The notes under the pieces are model-generated. The model worked only from the letters and a program-made list of their open reading frames with translations, did not search any database and was not told the origin of the DNA. The position numbers and the translations under genes are program-made. A stretch of 64,000 bases of DNA. Source: an uncultured Clostridium sp. (GTDB lineage Bacteria; Bacillota; Clostridia; TANB77; CAG-508). How positions within the stretch are numbered: the first letter of the stretch is position 1; every line of letters begins with the position of its first letter. Shown one piece after another: positions 1 through 8,934 of the stretch. The stretch spans positions 760-64,759 of the forward strand of contig CANSPP010000004.1 of NCBI GenBank assembly GCA_947648905.1. Direction: 5' to 3'.

Positions 1-343
1 CACAGCAAATAAACCTAATATATTGAATTTATACTTTTCTTTTTGCTTATCCATTTCCTTAATAATCTCTTCTATCTTTTCATATTGCTCTTCTGTTACT
101 TCAAGCGAATAAATTTTAGTTGTTGTATTATAAAATCTTTTAAATGTTCCTTTATTTATATATTCATGTACAAATCCTGCAAAAAAAGGATTTGATGGCT
201 TTAATCTTCCAAAACTGTACATTTGTTGTAAATCTTTATCTAAAGCAATTGAAACATGTGAAAATGGCTTTTTTGTATATGCTCTAACAATATTTGATAG
301 TACCGTTCCTGTATGTGTTAATACGATATATATTTCTTTCATT
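1..343 (-). CDS. hypothetical protein, N-terminal part (gene continues past window start)
   Basis: minus-strand ORF with ATG at 343-341 (MKEIYIVLTHTGTVLSNIVRAYTKKPFSHVSIAL...), no stop before position 1; absent from ORF track because partial. Confidence 0.4.
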
Positions 344-403
344 CCTTGCTCCTTATTTTTTCTTCTTCATATATTATAGCATATTACTTTTTATTTGTAC
401 CAT

Positions 404-1546
404 TTATAATTCAATTATTTTTTCCCAAGGTAGTTCAGTTTTTCCAAAATGTCCATAGTTTGTAGTTTTCTTATATATTGGTTTGCGTAAATTTAAATAA
501 TTTATTATTCCTCTTGGTGTCAAGTCAAATTTTTCGTATATTTTTTCTGCTATTTCTTCTTCTGGAATTGTTGCCGTTCCAAAAGTTTCTACATATATTG
601 ATACTGGTTTTGCTACTCCTATTGCATATGATAATTGTATTTCACATTTTTTTGCTAGCTTATTTGCTACTATATTTTTAGCAATACATCTTGCCATATA
701 TGAAGCTGACCTATCAACTTTTGTTGCATCTTTTCCTGAAAATGCACCACCACCATGTCTTGCATATCCACCATATGTGTCAACAATTATTTTTCTTCCT
801 GTTAATCCGCTATCACCTAGTGGTCCTCCAATTACAAATCTTCCTGTTGGATTTATGTAATATTTTGTTTTTTCATCTAATAGGTCACTTGGTATAATAT
901 ATTTTATTACTTTTTCTTTTATGTCTTTTTTTAATTTGTCTAAATCTGCATCAGCAGTATGTTGTGTAGAAACAACTACTGTATCTACTCTAACTGGTGT
1001 GTCTCCTTCATATTCTATTGTTACTTGAGTTTTTCCGTCTGGTCTCAAATTTTCTACAATATTTTCTTTCCTTACTTGTGTTAATCTTTTTGACAATTTA
1101 TGTGCCAAAGTTATAGGTAATGGCATTAACTCTTCTGTTTCTGAACAGGCATACCCAAACATCAAACCTTGGTCTCCTGCTCCTTCTGACGAAATACCTT
1201 CTCCTTCTTTTTCTTCTAAAGCTTTATCCACACCTAATGCTATATCACTAGACTGTTTTGACATATTAACAATTATTTTGCAAGTTCTATAGTCCATATC
1301 TGTCTCACTATTATCATATCCAACTTCTTTAATTGTCTCTCTTGCCACTGCTTCAATATCCACTTTTGCATTTGAAGTTATTTCACCTGTTATATATATT
1401 TCACCTTTTCCTGCTACTGTTTCACAAGCCACTCTTGAATTTTCATCTTCTGCTAAATGTGCATCTAATATGCTATCTGATATATAATCACATAATTTAT
1501 CTGGATGCCCTTCTGTTACACTTTCTGACGTAAATAATTTTCTCAT
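404..1546 (-). CDS. metK: S-adenosylmethionine synthetase
   Basis: 380 aa, [20 protein letters not shown]... canonical MetK motifs; RBS GGAG upstream of ATG 1546. Confidence 0.97.
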   Translation of the reverse strand: MRKLFTSESVTEGHPDKLCDYISDSILDAHLAEDENSRVACETVAGKGEIYITGEITSNAKVDIEAVARETIKEVGYDNSETDMDYRTCKIIVNMSKQSSDIALGVDKALEEKEGEGISSEGAGDQGLMFGYACSETEELMPLPITLAHKLSKRLTQVRKENIVENLRPDGKTQVTIEYEGDTPVRVDTVVVSTQHTADADLDKLKKDIKEKVIKYIIPSDLLDEKTKYYINPTGRFVIGGPLGDSGLTGRKIIVDTYGGYARHGGGAFSGKDATKVDRSASYMARCIAKNIVANKLAKKCEIQLSYAIGVAKPVSIYVETFGTATIPEEEIAEKIYEKFDLTPRGIINYLNLRKPIYKKTTNYGHFGKTELPWEKIIEL

Positions 1547-1569
1547 TTTTATTACTCCCTTTCTTTATT

Positions 1570-1590
1570 CCTGCCACTGGGGACGGACAC
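1570..1590. repeat. copy of dispersed intergenic GGGGACG palindromic repeat (CTGCCAYTGGGGACGGAC variant)
   Basis: cctgccactggggacggacac; same core recurs at 53172, 56004, 56039. Confidence 0.6.
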
Positions 1591-1595
1591 AATAC

Positions 1596-1745
1596 AAAAA
1601 GCCTTTGCATTTTTGTGCAAAGGCTGTATTTTCTTTTTTGTTTTATCAGCCAAAGCACTTTGCTTTGTCGGTATTAGCACCTTATTTTTCAATAGGTTGC
1701 TGTGGAGTCATTGAGCCGATTCTCTCGTCCACTCTTGATAACAAT
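1596..1745 (-). ncRNA. SAM-I (S-box) riboswitch with intrinsic terminator, leader of metK
   Basis: minus-strand reads GTTATCAAGAGTGGACGAGAGAATCGGCTCAATGACTCCACAGCAACC...AAGGTGCTAATACCGACAAAG...GGCTGATAAAA = S-box consensus blocks; terminator hairpin GCCTTTGCA/TGCAAAGGC (1598-1626) + U-run. Confidence 0.9.
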
Positions 1746-1768
1746 ACAATTATTATACTATTTATTTT

Positions 1769-2257
1769 TTATAATGTCAATATTTTGTCGTTTTTTATAC
1801 TGTTTTGTACATCTATTACTCTTTGATTTTCTGATCCTTTCCATTTTAAAGTAGGATTACTCAATTCATCTACATATTGTCCATCTACTAATACGTCAAT
1901 ATATTGTAGTGCTTCTTTGTCTTTTAGTTCTTTGTCAAATTGAAATCCTGACCATACCCATAGGTCTTTATTTGGAAATTTTTCTTTGAATTTTTTTGCA
2001 AGTTCTGTTGTTCCTTCTATGTTTTTTGGATGCATTGGTTCTCCACCTAGGATTGATAATCCTTCTATTACATTATTATCACATAGTTCAAGAACTCTAT
2101 CTATTGTTTCTTCATTAAATTCTTTTCCGCCATTAAAGTCGTGAGTATCTTTGTTGAAGCAGTTTTTACAATTGAATGTACATCCTTGCATAAATATTGA
2201 TACTCTTACTCCTGGACCATTTGCTATGTCCATTTTTCTAATTTTGTTGTATCTCAT
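1769..2257 (-). CDS. nrdG: anaerobic ribonucleoside-triphosphate reductase activating protein (radical SAM)
   Basis: MRYNKIRKMDIANGPGVRVSIFMQGCTFNCKNCFN (CxxxCxxC); start moved to ATG 2257 with RBS AAAGGAA; directly downstream of nrdD. Confidence 0.9.
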   Translation of the reverse strand: MRYNKIRKMDIANGPGVRVSIFMQGCTFNCKNCFNKDTHDFNGGKEFNEETIDRVLELCDNNVIEGLSILGGEPMHPKNIEGTTELAKKFKEKFPNKDLWVWSGFQFDKELKDKEALQYIDVLVDGQYVDELSNPTLKWKGSENQRVIDVQNSIKNDKILTL

Positions 2258-2304
2258 TTTGTTTTCCTTTCTAATTCGAAATAGAATAGTTATATTGCTA
2301 GGCA

Positions 2305-2365
2305 AAGTTAGTTTGAAAGGCAAAGGAGCATACGTGGTGTATGTGACTGCGTTTCAAACTAACTT
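2305..2365. repeat. perfect 14-bp inverted repeat (AAGTTAGTTTGAAA / TTTCAAACTAACTT) with structured 33-nt loop between nrdD and nrdG
   Basis: seen directly; inner CATAC/GTATG sub-hairpin; plus strand of loop carries AAAGGAG-N5-GTG. Confidence 0.6.
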
Positions 2366-2397
2366 TAACGAAGCAAGATGGCTATTATCTTTCGAAT

Positions 2398-4557
2398 TTA
2401 CTCGTCGTCCTTATTATCTAAATGAATAACTCTTTCTTTAATTTCTTGAGTTCTACCCTTATTCCAGAAATTACTTCCAATATAACCACAAGTTCTTCTA
2501 GCTACATTCAATGTATCGTGATTTCTATTTCCACAGTTTGGGCAATACCATTCTAAGTCTTCATCAATTAAAATTTCTCCTGTATATCCACATTCTTGGC
2601 AATAATCTGATTTTGTATTTAATTCTGCATACATAATGTTGTCATAAATGAATTTGATTACTTGTAATACAGCAGGTAAATTGTTTTGTAAATTTGATGT
2701 TTCTACATATGATATAGCTCCACCTGGGCTTAATTCTTGGAATTCACTTTCTAATTTTAGTTTAGAAAATGCGTCTATTTCTTCAAATACAGGTACGTGA
2801 TATGAGTTTGTTATATAATCTCTATCTGTTATCCCTTCAATTTCTCCAAATCTGTCTTTTAAGCATTTTGCAAATTTATATGTTGTTGATTCTATTGGTG
2901 TTCCATACACACTGTAGTCCATATTTTCTTTTTCTTTCCATTCTTTACATTTAGCATTCATTCTCTTCATTACTTCGATTGCTAAGTCTTTTCCTTTTCC
3001 ATTGTCTGTATGGCTGTGTCCTGTCATATATTTTACACATTCATATAGTCCTGCATATCCAAGTGATATTGTTGAATATCCGCCATGTAATAAATCGTGT
3101 ATTTTTGCTCCTTTTGGTAATCTTGCTAATGCTCCATATTGCCATAATATTGGTGCTACGTCACTTGTTGCTTTTGCTAGTCTTTCGTGTCTTAGTTGAA
3201 GTGCTTGGTGACATAGTTCTAGTCTTTCGTCATATATTTTCCAGAATTTATCTAAGTCTTTTCCTGATGATAATGCAACATCTACTAAGTTTATTGTTAC
3301 AACACCTTGGTTAAATCTTCCATAATATTTTGGTTTGTTTGTTTCTGGGTCAACATATGGTGTTAAGAATGAACGACATCCCATACATGGGTAGCAGTTT
3401 CCATTTCCATTTTTGTCTTTTTTAAGTTCTTTCATTTTCTTTTCTGATATGTAATCTGGTACCATTCTTTTTGCTGTACATTTTGCTGCAAGTTCTGTTA
3501 AATACCAATATTTGCTGTTTTCGTGTATATTATCTTCTTCTAATACATATAGTAGTTTTGGGAATGCTGGTGTAATGTATACTCCTTTTTCGTTTTTCAT
3601 TCCTACTATTCTTTGCTCTAAAAATTCTTTTATTATTAATGCTAATTCTTCTTTATAGTCTTCTGTTTCTCCTAAATAGAAACATACACTTAGGAATGGA
3701 GATTGTCCATTTGTTGTTGTCATTGAGTTTATTTGATATTGGAATGTTTGAACTCCATCTTTTATTTCTTTTAGTAAATCTTCTTTTGCAAATTTCTCGC
3801 ATTGTTCTTTACTTAGTTTTCTAGCTTCATATTTCTTTAAATATATATTGTAACTATCTCTTACGAATGGGGCTAAATGTGTCATTGTTACTGTTGCACC
3901 ACCATATTGGCTAGATGTTACTGCTGTTATTATTTGTGTTGCAATTGTCATTGCTGTTAAGAATTTATGTGGTTTTTCTATCATTACACCATTTATGTTT
4001 GTTCCATTTTGTAACATATCTTCTAGGTTTATTAAATCACAATTATGTAGTGCGTTTTGTGCAAAATAATCTGCATCGTGGAAGTGGATTATTCCTTCGT
4101 CATGTGCTTTTACAATGTTTTCTGGTAATAAAAATCTTCTTGTTATGTCTGTACTTGTTATTCCTGCTAAATAATCTCTTTGTGTTGTTACTACTTTTGC
4201 ATTTTTGTTAGAATTTTCATTGTTCCAATATTCACTTTCACCTTCAATTAATTCTTTTATTGATTGGTCTGTTGTGTTTGCTTTTCTAACTAGTGCTCTT
4301 GTGTATCTATATGTTATATATTTTTTTGATAGTTGATATTTTCCCTTTTCCATCAATTTTTCTTCTATTATGTCTTGTATGTCTTCTACTAATATTCTTG
4401 GTTTTTGTAACTCTTCAATATAGTTTGTTATTTCTTTTATATCTTCTAGTGTTGCTCTTTCTTTTCTTGGTACCTCATTATTTGCTTTTTGAATTGCTAC
4501 TTTGATTTTTTCCCTATTATAATCAACTATTGTTCCATCTCTTTTTATGATTTTCAT
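2398..4557 (-). CDS. nrdD: anaerobic ribonucleoside-triphosphate reductase (class III RNR), copy 1
   Basis: ATP-cone MKIIKRDGTIVDYNREKIKVAIQKAN, C-terminal Zn ribbon CPNCGN and glycyl-radical motif RRTCGYIG; start at ATG 4557 (RBS AAAGGGGA). Confidence 0.95.
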   Translation of the reverse strand: MKIIKRDGTIVDYNREKIKVAIQKANNEVPRKERATLEDIKEITNYIEELQKPRILVEDIQDIIEEKLMEKGKYQLSKKYITYRYTRALVRKANTTDQSIKELIEGESEYWNNENSNKNAKVVTTQRDYLAGITSTDITRRFLLPENIVKAHDEGIIHFHDADYFAQNALHNCDLINLEDMLQNGTNINGVMIEKPHKFLTAMTIATQIITAVTSSQYGGATVTMTHLAPFVRDSYNIYLKKYEARKLSKEQCEKFAKEDLLKEIKDGVQTFQYQINSMTTTNGQSPFLSVCFYLGETEDYKEELALIIKEFLEQRIVGMKNEKGVYITPAFPKLLYVLEEDNIHENSKYWYLTELAAKCTAKRMVPDYISEKKMKELKKDKNGNGNCYPCMGCRSFLTPYVDPETNKPKYYGRFNQGVVTINLVDVALSSGKDLDKFWKIYDERLELCHQALQLRHERLAKATSDVAPILWQYGALARLPKGAKIHDLLHGGYSTISLGYAGLYECVKYMTGHSHTDNGKGKDLAIEVMKRMNAKCKEWKEKENMDYSVYGTPIESTTYKFAKCLKDRFGEIEGITDRDYITNSYHVPVFEEIDAFSKLKLESEFQELSPGGAISYVETSNLQNNLPAVLQVIKFIYDNIMYAELNTKSDYCQECGYTGEILIDEDLEWYCPNCGNRNHDTLNVARRTCGYIGSNFWNKGRTQEIKERVIHLDNKDDE

Positions 4558-4615
4558 TTCATTTTCCCCTTTCGTTTTTTCTGCTATCATTATATCTCTA
4601 TTTTTATTATTAACT

Positions 4616-4629
4616 GTTGCAATTGCAAC
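4616..4629. promoter_or_regulatory. palindromic operator GTTGCAATTGCAAC about 55 bp upstream of nrdD start (member of TGTTGC-N4-GCAACA motif)
   Basis: perfect 14-bp palindrome; same half-sites as 18423-18438 and 24658-24673. Confidence 0.5.
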
Positions 4630-4632
4630 TTT

Positions 4633-4676
4633 TTGGATAAAAAAATTTAGAGACGTGTTTTTATTTACACGCCTCT
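4633..4676 (-). terminator. rho-independent terminator after mnmA
   Basis: hairpin AGAGGCGTGTAAATAAAAACACGTCTCT followed by AAATTTTTTTATCC on minus strand. Confidence 0.7.
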
Positions 4677-4703
4677 AAGGAAACAAGTTTTATTACAATT
4701 ATA

Positions 4704-5756
4704 TTACAAAATTTTACCTCCGCCTAAAACTAAATCTCCATCATAAAAAACAGCAGATTGTCCAGGTGTTATAGCTCTTTGTGGCTCATCAAAAATAACC
4801 TTGATTTCGTCATTTTCCTGAATTATTTTCGCTTTAGCAGCTTTTGAAGAATATCTAGTTTTAACTTCAACATCAATCCAATCTTCTATTTTATCAACTA
4901 AAATCAAGTTGATATCTTTCACTCTTATCTCTTTTGTATATAACGCTTTTTCTTCTCCAACAATAACTTCGTTTCTAGCTTTATTGAAACCTAAAACAAA
5001 TAATGGCACAGGATTAGAAATTCCAAGACCTTTACGTTGTCCAATTGTATAATAATATAAACCTTTATGTTTTCCTAAAACTTCGCCTTTTGAGTTTACT
5101 ATATTACCTTCTTTTGGTTTTAAATCCGAATTATTTTCCAAGAATTTTTTATAATTTCCATCTGGTATAAAGCAAATATCTTCACTGTCTGGCTTGTTTG
5201 CAACTTTTAGATTGTTTTTTCTCGCTATTTCTCTTATTTGCTCTTTTTCTTCAAAGTCTGCCAAAGGAAATAATATATGCTCTACTAATTCTTTTGGTAT
5301 GTTCCATAACACATAACTTTGGTCTTTTTTTCCTGCATTTGATTTTGCTAATGCCCATCTTTGATATTTTTCGCTATATACTATTTTTGCATAATGACCT
5401 GTTGCTATATAATTACATCCTAATTCTTTTGCTTTTTCCCACATTGCACCAAATTTCATATACTTGTTACATTCTATACAAGGATTTGGTGTTTTGCAAT
5501 TTGAGTAGCAGTCTATAAAATCATTTATAACATATTTTTTGAATTCTTCTTTATAGTTATATGTAAAGTGTGGGACACCTATTTGATTACACACATTCTT
5601 AGCATCTATATATGTTTCTATATTACAACAGCTACTCCCTGCAAATAGTTCTAGTGTTGTTCCTATTACTTCATATCCTTTTTCTTTTAATAGTAAAGCT
5701 GATACACTACTGTCTACTCCACCGCTCATTCCTAATAATACTTTTTTATTTTCCAT
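4704..5756 (-). CDS. mnmA: tRNA 2-thiouridine(34) synthase
   Basis: 350 aa, MENKKVLLGMSGGVDSSVSALLLKEKGYEVIG PP-loop. Confidence 0.93.
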   Translation of the reverse strand: MENKKVLLGMSGGVDSSVSALLLKEKGYEVIGTTLELFAGSSCCNIETYIDAKNVCNQIGVPHFTYNYKEEFKKYVINDFIDCYSNCKTPNPCIECNKYMKFGAMWEKAKELGCNYIATGHYAKIVYSEKYQRWALAKSNAGKKDQSYVLWNIPKELVEHILFPLADFEEKEQIREIARKNNLKVANKPDSEDICFIPDGNYKKFLENNSDLKPKEGNIVNSKGEVLGKHKGLYYYTIGQRKGLGISNPVPLFVLGFNKARNEVIVGEEKALYTKEIRVKDINLILVDKIEDWIDVEVKTRYSSKAAKAKIIQENDEIKVIFDEPQRAITPGQSAVFYDGDLVLGGGKIL

Positions 5757-5766
5757 TTTTATTCCT

Positions 5767-6198
5767 CTATTTTTTATTCAATATATCTTCAATTGTATGC
5801 CAAGCAAGCAAAGCACATTTCACCCTTGCTGGCATATTTGAAATATTTCTAAAAGCAATTGCATCTTCTAGTTTTTCTAATTCTTCTTCGCTTGTTGTTT
5901 CTCTTTTTATCATTTCTATAAATGTTTTTATTATTTCTTTTGCTTCTTCTACTGTTTTTCCTTTTAATGTATCTATCATAATTGATGTTGAAGCTTGTGA
6001 AATAGCACATCCATGTCCTGTAAATGCCATATCTTCGATTGTATTTCCATCTAATTTTATTTCTATTTCTATTTCGTCTCCACAGTTTGGGTTATGCCCT
6101 AATTCTGAATAGTCAGCTTTTTCTAGTTTCTTTTTGTTGTATGAATTCATACTGTGTTCCATTATTAGTTCATTATACATTTGACTTAGTTCGTCCAT
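5767..6198 (-). CDS. sufU: SUF Fe-S cluster assembly scaffold/sulfur-transfer protein (SufU/NifU-like)
   Basis: 143 aa, GHNPNCGD...GHGCAISQAS motifs. Confidence 0.85.
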   Translation of the reverse strand: MDELSQMYNELIMEHSMNSYNKKKLEKADYSELGHNPNCGDEIEIEIKLDGNTIEDMAFTGHGCAISQASTSIMIDTLKGKTVEEAKEIIKTFIEMIKRETTSEEELEKLEDAIAFRNISNMPARVKCALLAWHTIEDILNKK

Positions 6199-6228
6199 TT
6201 TTCTTTCCTTTCGTTTTATTCTATTTTA

Positions 6229-6257
6229 GTTGACAATTTATTTTATGTGTGTTAATA
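6229..6257 (+). promoter_or_regulatory. orphan sigma70-type promoter TTGACA-17-TAATAT on plus strand with no downstream ORF
   Basis: ttgacaatttattttatgtgtgttaatat; feeds directly into a hairpin/terminator at 6303-6342. Confidence 0.5.
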
Positions 6258-6263
6258 TAATAA

Positions 6264-6342
6264 TATAAAGGATAAGAGCTATGCCCTTATCTCTCTGGTT
6301 GGTGAGATTTATCCGCGGGATAGATCTCTATTTTTCTTTTTT
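6264..6342 (+). ncRNA. candidate ~80-nt sRNA, convergent and antisense to 3' end of the small membrane-peptide gene (putative type I antitoxin)
   Basis: perfect promoter upstream; terminator GAGATTTATCCGCGGGATAGATCTC (11-bp stem) + TATTTTTCTTTTTTT at 6303-6342; overlaps peptide gene 6287-6342. Confidence 0.35.
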
Positions 6343-6448
6343 TGGAATAATACTTTAATTGATATCTATTCTTCGAACACATATGTATTAAAAATCCTAT
6401 TCCTATAAAGAAAACTACTAATATTAACAGGATTCCTATTAATTTCAT
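6287..6448 (-). CDS. 53-aa membrane peptide, candidate type I toxin (TxpA/BsrG-like architecture)
   Basis: MKLIGILLILVVFFIGIGFLIHMCSKNRYQLKYYSKKRKIEIYPADKSHQPER: one TM helix + basic tail; strong RBS AGGAGG-9nt-ATG 6448; own promoter and structured leader. Confidence 0.5.
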   Translation of the reverse strand: MKLIGILLILVVFFIGIGFLIHMCSKNRYQLKYYSKKRKIEIYPADKSHQPER

Positions 6449-6589
6449 AGCCATCAACCTCCTTCTTACGTAATTTACATTTAAGCTATAAAAAGCATAA
6501 ATGCATAGATTAGTAAGCATATATTACATAAACTTACCAGTCTATGCACTTATGCTTGAAGGAAGTTGATTTGTTTACCAACCAATCGA

Positions 6590-6618
6590 ATTATACCATA
6601 AGATAAATCGGCAGTCAA
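6590..6618 (-). promoter_or_regulatory. internal promoter TTGACT-17-TATAAT after sufS driving the small peptide (and sufU-mnmA)
   Basis: minus strand ATTGACTGCCGATTTATCTTATGGTATAATTCG; leader 6494-6556 forms 15-bp stem AGCAUAAGUGCAUAG/CUAUGCAUUUAUGCU. Confidence 0.55.
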
Positions 6619-6641
6619 TAATTTTGCAAACTTTTTTTCGT

Positions 6642-7862
6642 TTATTTTACAATATATTTTTCAAACATCTTGTACGCTTTTTCAAGCCCTGCAACTAGCT
6701 TATCCACATCTTCCTTAGTATTATAGAAATAGAAACTTGCCCTACAAGTAGAATCAATTCCCATAAATCTAAGAAGAGGTTGAGCGCAATGATTACCAGA
6801 ACGTACACATACATTTTGAGAGTCTAATATGCTTGCAACATCGTGTGGGTGAATTCCTTTTATATTAAAAGATATTACGCCTGAATGATTTTCTTTATTT
6901 GGTGTTAAATATAAGTCTATATATCCTAATTTTGATAATTGTTCTCTTGCATATTCTAAAACTTCATTTTCCATTTTGTGAATATTTTCGTATCCAATTT
7001 CTTCTATATAATCAATTGCAGCTCCTAACCCGATTACACCTTCGACGTTTTGTGTTCCTGCTTCGAATTTATTAGGAAGTGGTGCATATGTTGTTTCTTG
7101 CTCATATACATATTCAATCATATCTCCACCCATTAAAAACGGAGACATCTTATTTAATATTTCTTTTTTTCCATATAATATCCCAATACCTAAAGGTGCT
7201 AGCATCTTGTGTCCTGAGAATACTAAAAAATCACAATTTAATTCTTGTACATCTATTTTCATATGAGGTATACTTTGAGCCGCATCAACTATAACAATTG
7301 CTCCTTTTTTATGAGCATAGTCTATTATTTTTTTTACATTGTTTATTGTTCCTAAAACATTTGAAACTTGTGTTATTCCAACAATTTTTGTTTTGTCTGT
7401 TATTTTACTTTCAATTTCTTCGTCTGCAATTTCAAAATTATCATTTATGTACATATAGTTTAACTTGCTACCTGTTGCTTTTGCAACTTTTTGCCAAGGG
7501 ACAATGTTAGAATGATGTTCCATTATTGATACTACTATTTCATCATCTTTTTTTAATTCATTTAAACCATATGAATATGCAATCAAGTTTAAGCTTTCTG
7601 TTGCATTTTTTGTGAATATCACTTCTTCTCTATGTTTTGCATTTATAAACTTTGCAATTTTTGTTCTTGTATTTTCATATTGCTCAGTTGCTTCAATACT
7701 TAGAGAATATGCTCCTCTATGTGGATTGGCATTACTTTTTTCATAAAAATTGTCTATTGCTTCTATTACTTGTCTTGGTTTTTGTGTTGTTGCTCCACTG
7801 TCTAAATACGCTATATCGTTTTGTAATATTGGAAAATCATTTTTTATCTTTTCTATATCCAT
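6642..7862 (-). CDS. sufS: cysteine desulfurase, SufS/NifS family (PLP)
   Basis: 406 aa, ...RSGNHCAQPL... class II desulfurase signature. Confidence 0.9.
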   Translation of the reverse strand: MDIEKIKNDFPILQNDIAYLDSGATTQKPRQVIEAIDNFYEKSNANPHRGAYSLSIEATEQYENTRTKIAKFINAKHREEVIFTKNATESLNLIAYSYGLNELKKDDEIVVSIMEHHSNIVPWQKVAKATGSKLNYMYINDNFEIADEEIESKITDKTKIVGITQVSNVLGTINNVKKIIDYAHKKGAIVIVDAAQSIPHMKIDVQELNCDFLVFSGHKMLAPLGIGILYGKKEILNKMSPFLMGGDMIEYVYEQETTYAPLPNKFEAGTQNVEGVIGLGAAIDYIEEIGYENIHKMENEVLEYAREQLSKLGYIDLYLTPNKENHSGVISFNIKGIHPHDVASILDSQNVCVRSGNHCAQPLLRFMGIDSTCRASFYFYNTKEDVDKLVAGLEKAYKMFEKYIVK

Positions 7863-7878
7863 TTTAATTTCCTTTCAA

Positions 7879-8934
7879 TTAATCTAGCCTTACTTCCATT
7901 TCATTAATAATTTGTTCTTTTAAATCTTCATTTGGGATATTTTCAAGAACTTTATTAAATTTAGCTCTTAACATAAGTTTTAAAGCTTCTTTTAATTCAA
8001 ATCCTCTACTCATAATATAAAATAGTTCTTTTTCTCCTATTTTACCAGCACTTGTTGCGTGATTTCCTTCTACGTCTTCTTCTTCACATAACAACATTGG
8101 AAGTGCGATTGATTTTGCTGTGTCTGATAAAATTGTACAGTATTCATTTTCATTTCCAATTGCTTTTTTACAACCTCTTTTGAAATCTATTGTACCTTTG
8201 AAATTCTTCTTCGCATTGTCTTTTATCGCACCTTGAACATCTATATCCAAATTGCTTTGTTCTCCCCATAATTCACCTATATAATTTAGGTCAAATATTT
8301 GCTCTTTTCTTCCTAAATATATTGTATTTATTGTGCTATCTGCTTTGTTTCCTTTTATGTTAGAATAATAATTTGTTATACTAGTTTTTCCACCAAAATC
8401 TACTACTATATATTTTAGAGTGCTTTTTGCCTCTAATTCATTTTCAATACTGATAAAATTATTTGTTTGTTCATTTACTAAATTTAATAGTATTACATTT
8501 ACTTTAGAATTTTCATTAGTATTTACTTTTATTATTCCATTATGAAAACCTTGTACATTTTTTTCTGTTTCATATTTTACTATAATAGTTGCTTCTATTT
8601 CTGGTTCTGTATTAATTTTAATGTTTTCTACTAAATTTTTATTTTGTTCACTTAATACAAAATCTAATTGTAGTGGTTCTTTTAAACTTTCTTTTATGTC
8701 TATTTCTAGTTCTACATTTGGTTTACTTATTATTCCAACTCCATATTTTAGTTCCATATTATTTGACTTTTCAGTTATTTCTGTTGAACTTGTCTTACCT
8801 TTTATTTCTAAACTTTCAAAACTTCCTATTTCTTCTGGAATTGTTATATTTTTTAATTTTATGTTATTTATATTGTAATTTCTTGAAGTTCTTACTGGTG
8901 TTTGATTTAATTTTAATTCTTCCATATTATCCAA
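7879..8934 (-). CDS. sufD: Fe-S cluster assembly protein SufD
   Basis: 351 aa, C-terminal SufB/SufD fold ...KELFYIMSRGFELKEALKLM. Confidence 0.85.
   Translation of the reverse strand: MDNMEELKLNQTPVRTSRNYNINNIKLKNITIPEEIGSFESLEIKGKTSSTEITEKSNNMELKYGVGIISKPNVELEIDIKESLKEPLQLDFVLSEQNKNLVENIKINTEPEIEATIIVKYETEKNVQGFHNGIIKVNTNENSKVNVILLNLVNEQTNNFISIENELEAKSTLKYIVVDFGGKTSITNYYSNIKGNKADSTINTIYLGRKEQIFDLNYIGELWGEQSNLDIDVQGAIKDNAKKNFKGTIDFKRGCKKAIGNENEYCTILSDTAKSIALPMLLCEEEDVEGNHATSAGKIGEKELFYIMSRGFELKEALKLMLRAKFNKVLENIPNEDLKEQIINEMEVRLD

Noticed and set aside
2151-2429. Plus-strand 92-aa ORF spanning the nrdG start and nrdD end
   Set aside because: It is mostly antisense to nrdG. Only the AAAGGAG-N5-GTG inside the nrdD-nrdG hairpin loop is noted, as a low-probability peptide.
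4590-4703. NrdR box upstream of nrdD
   Set aside because: No match to the NrdR box consensus (acaCwAtATaTwGtgt); the palindrome present is GTTGCAATTGCAAC instead.
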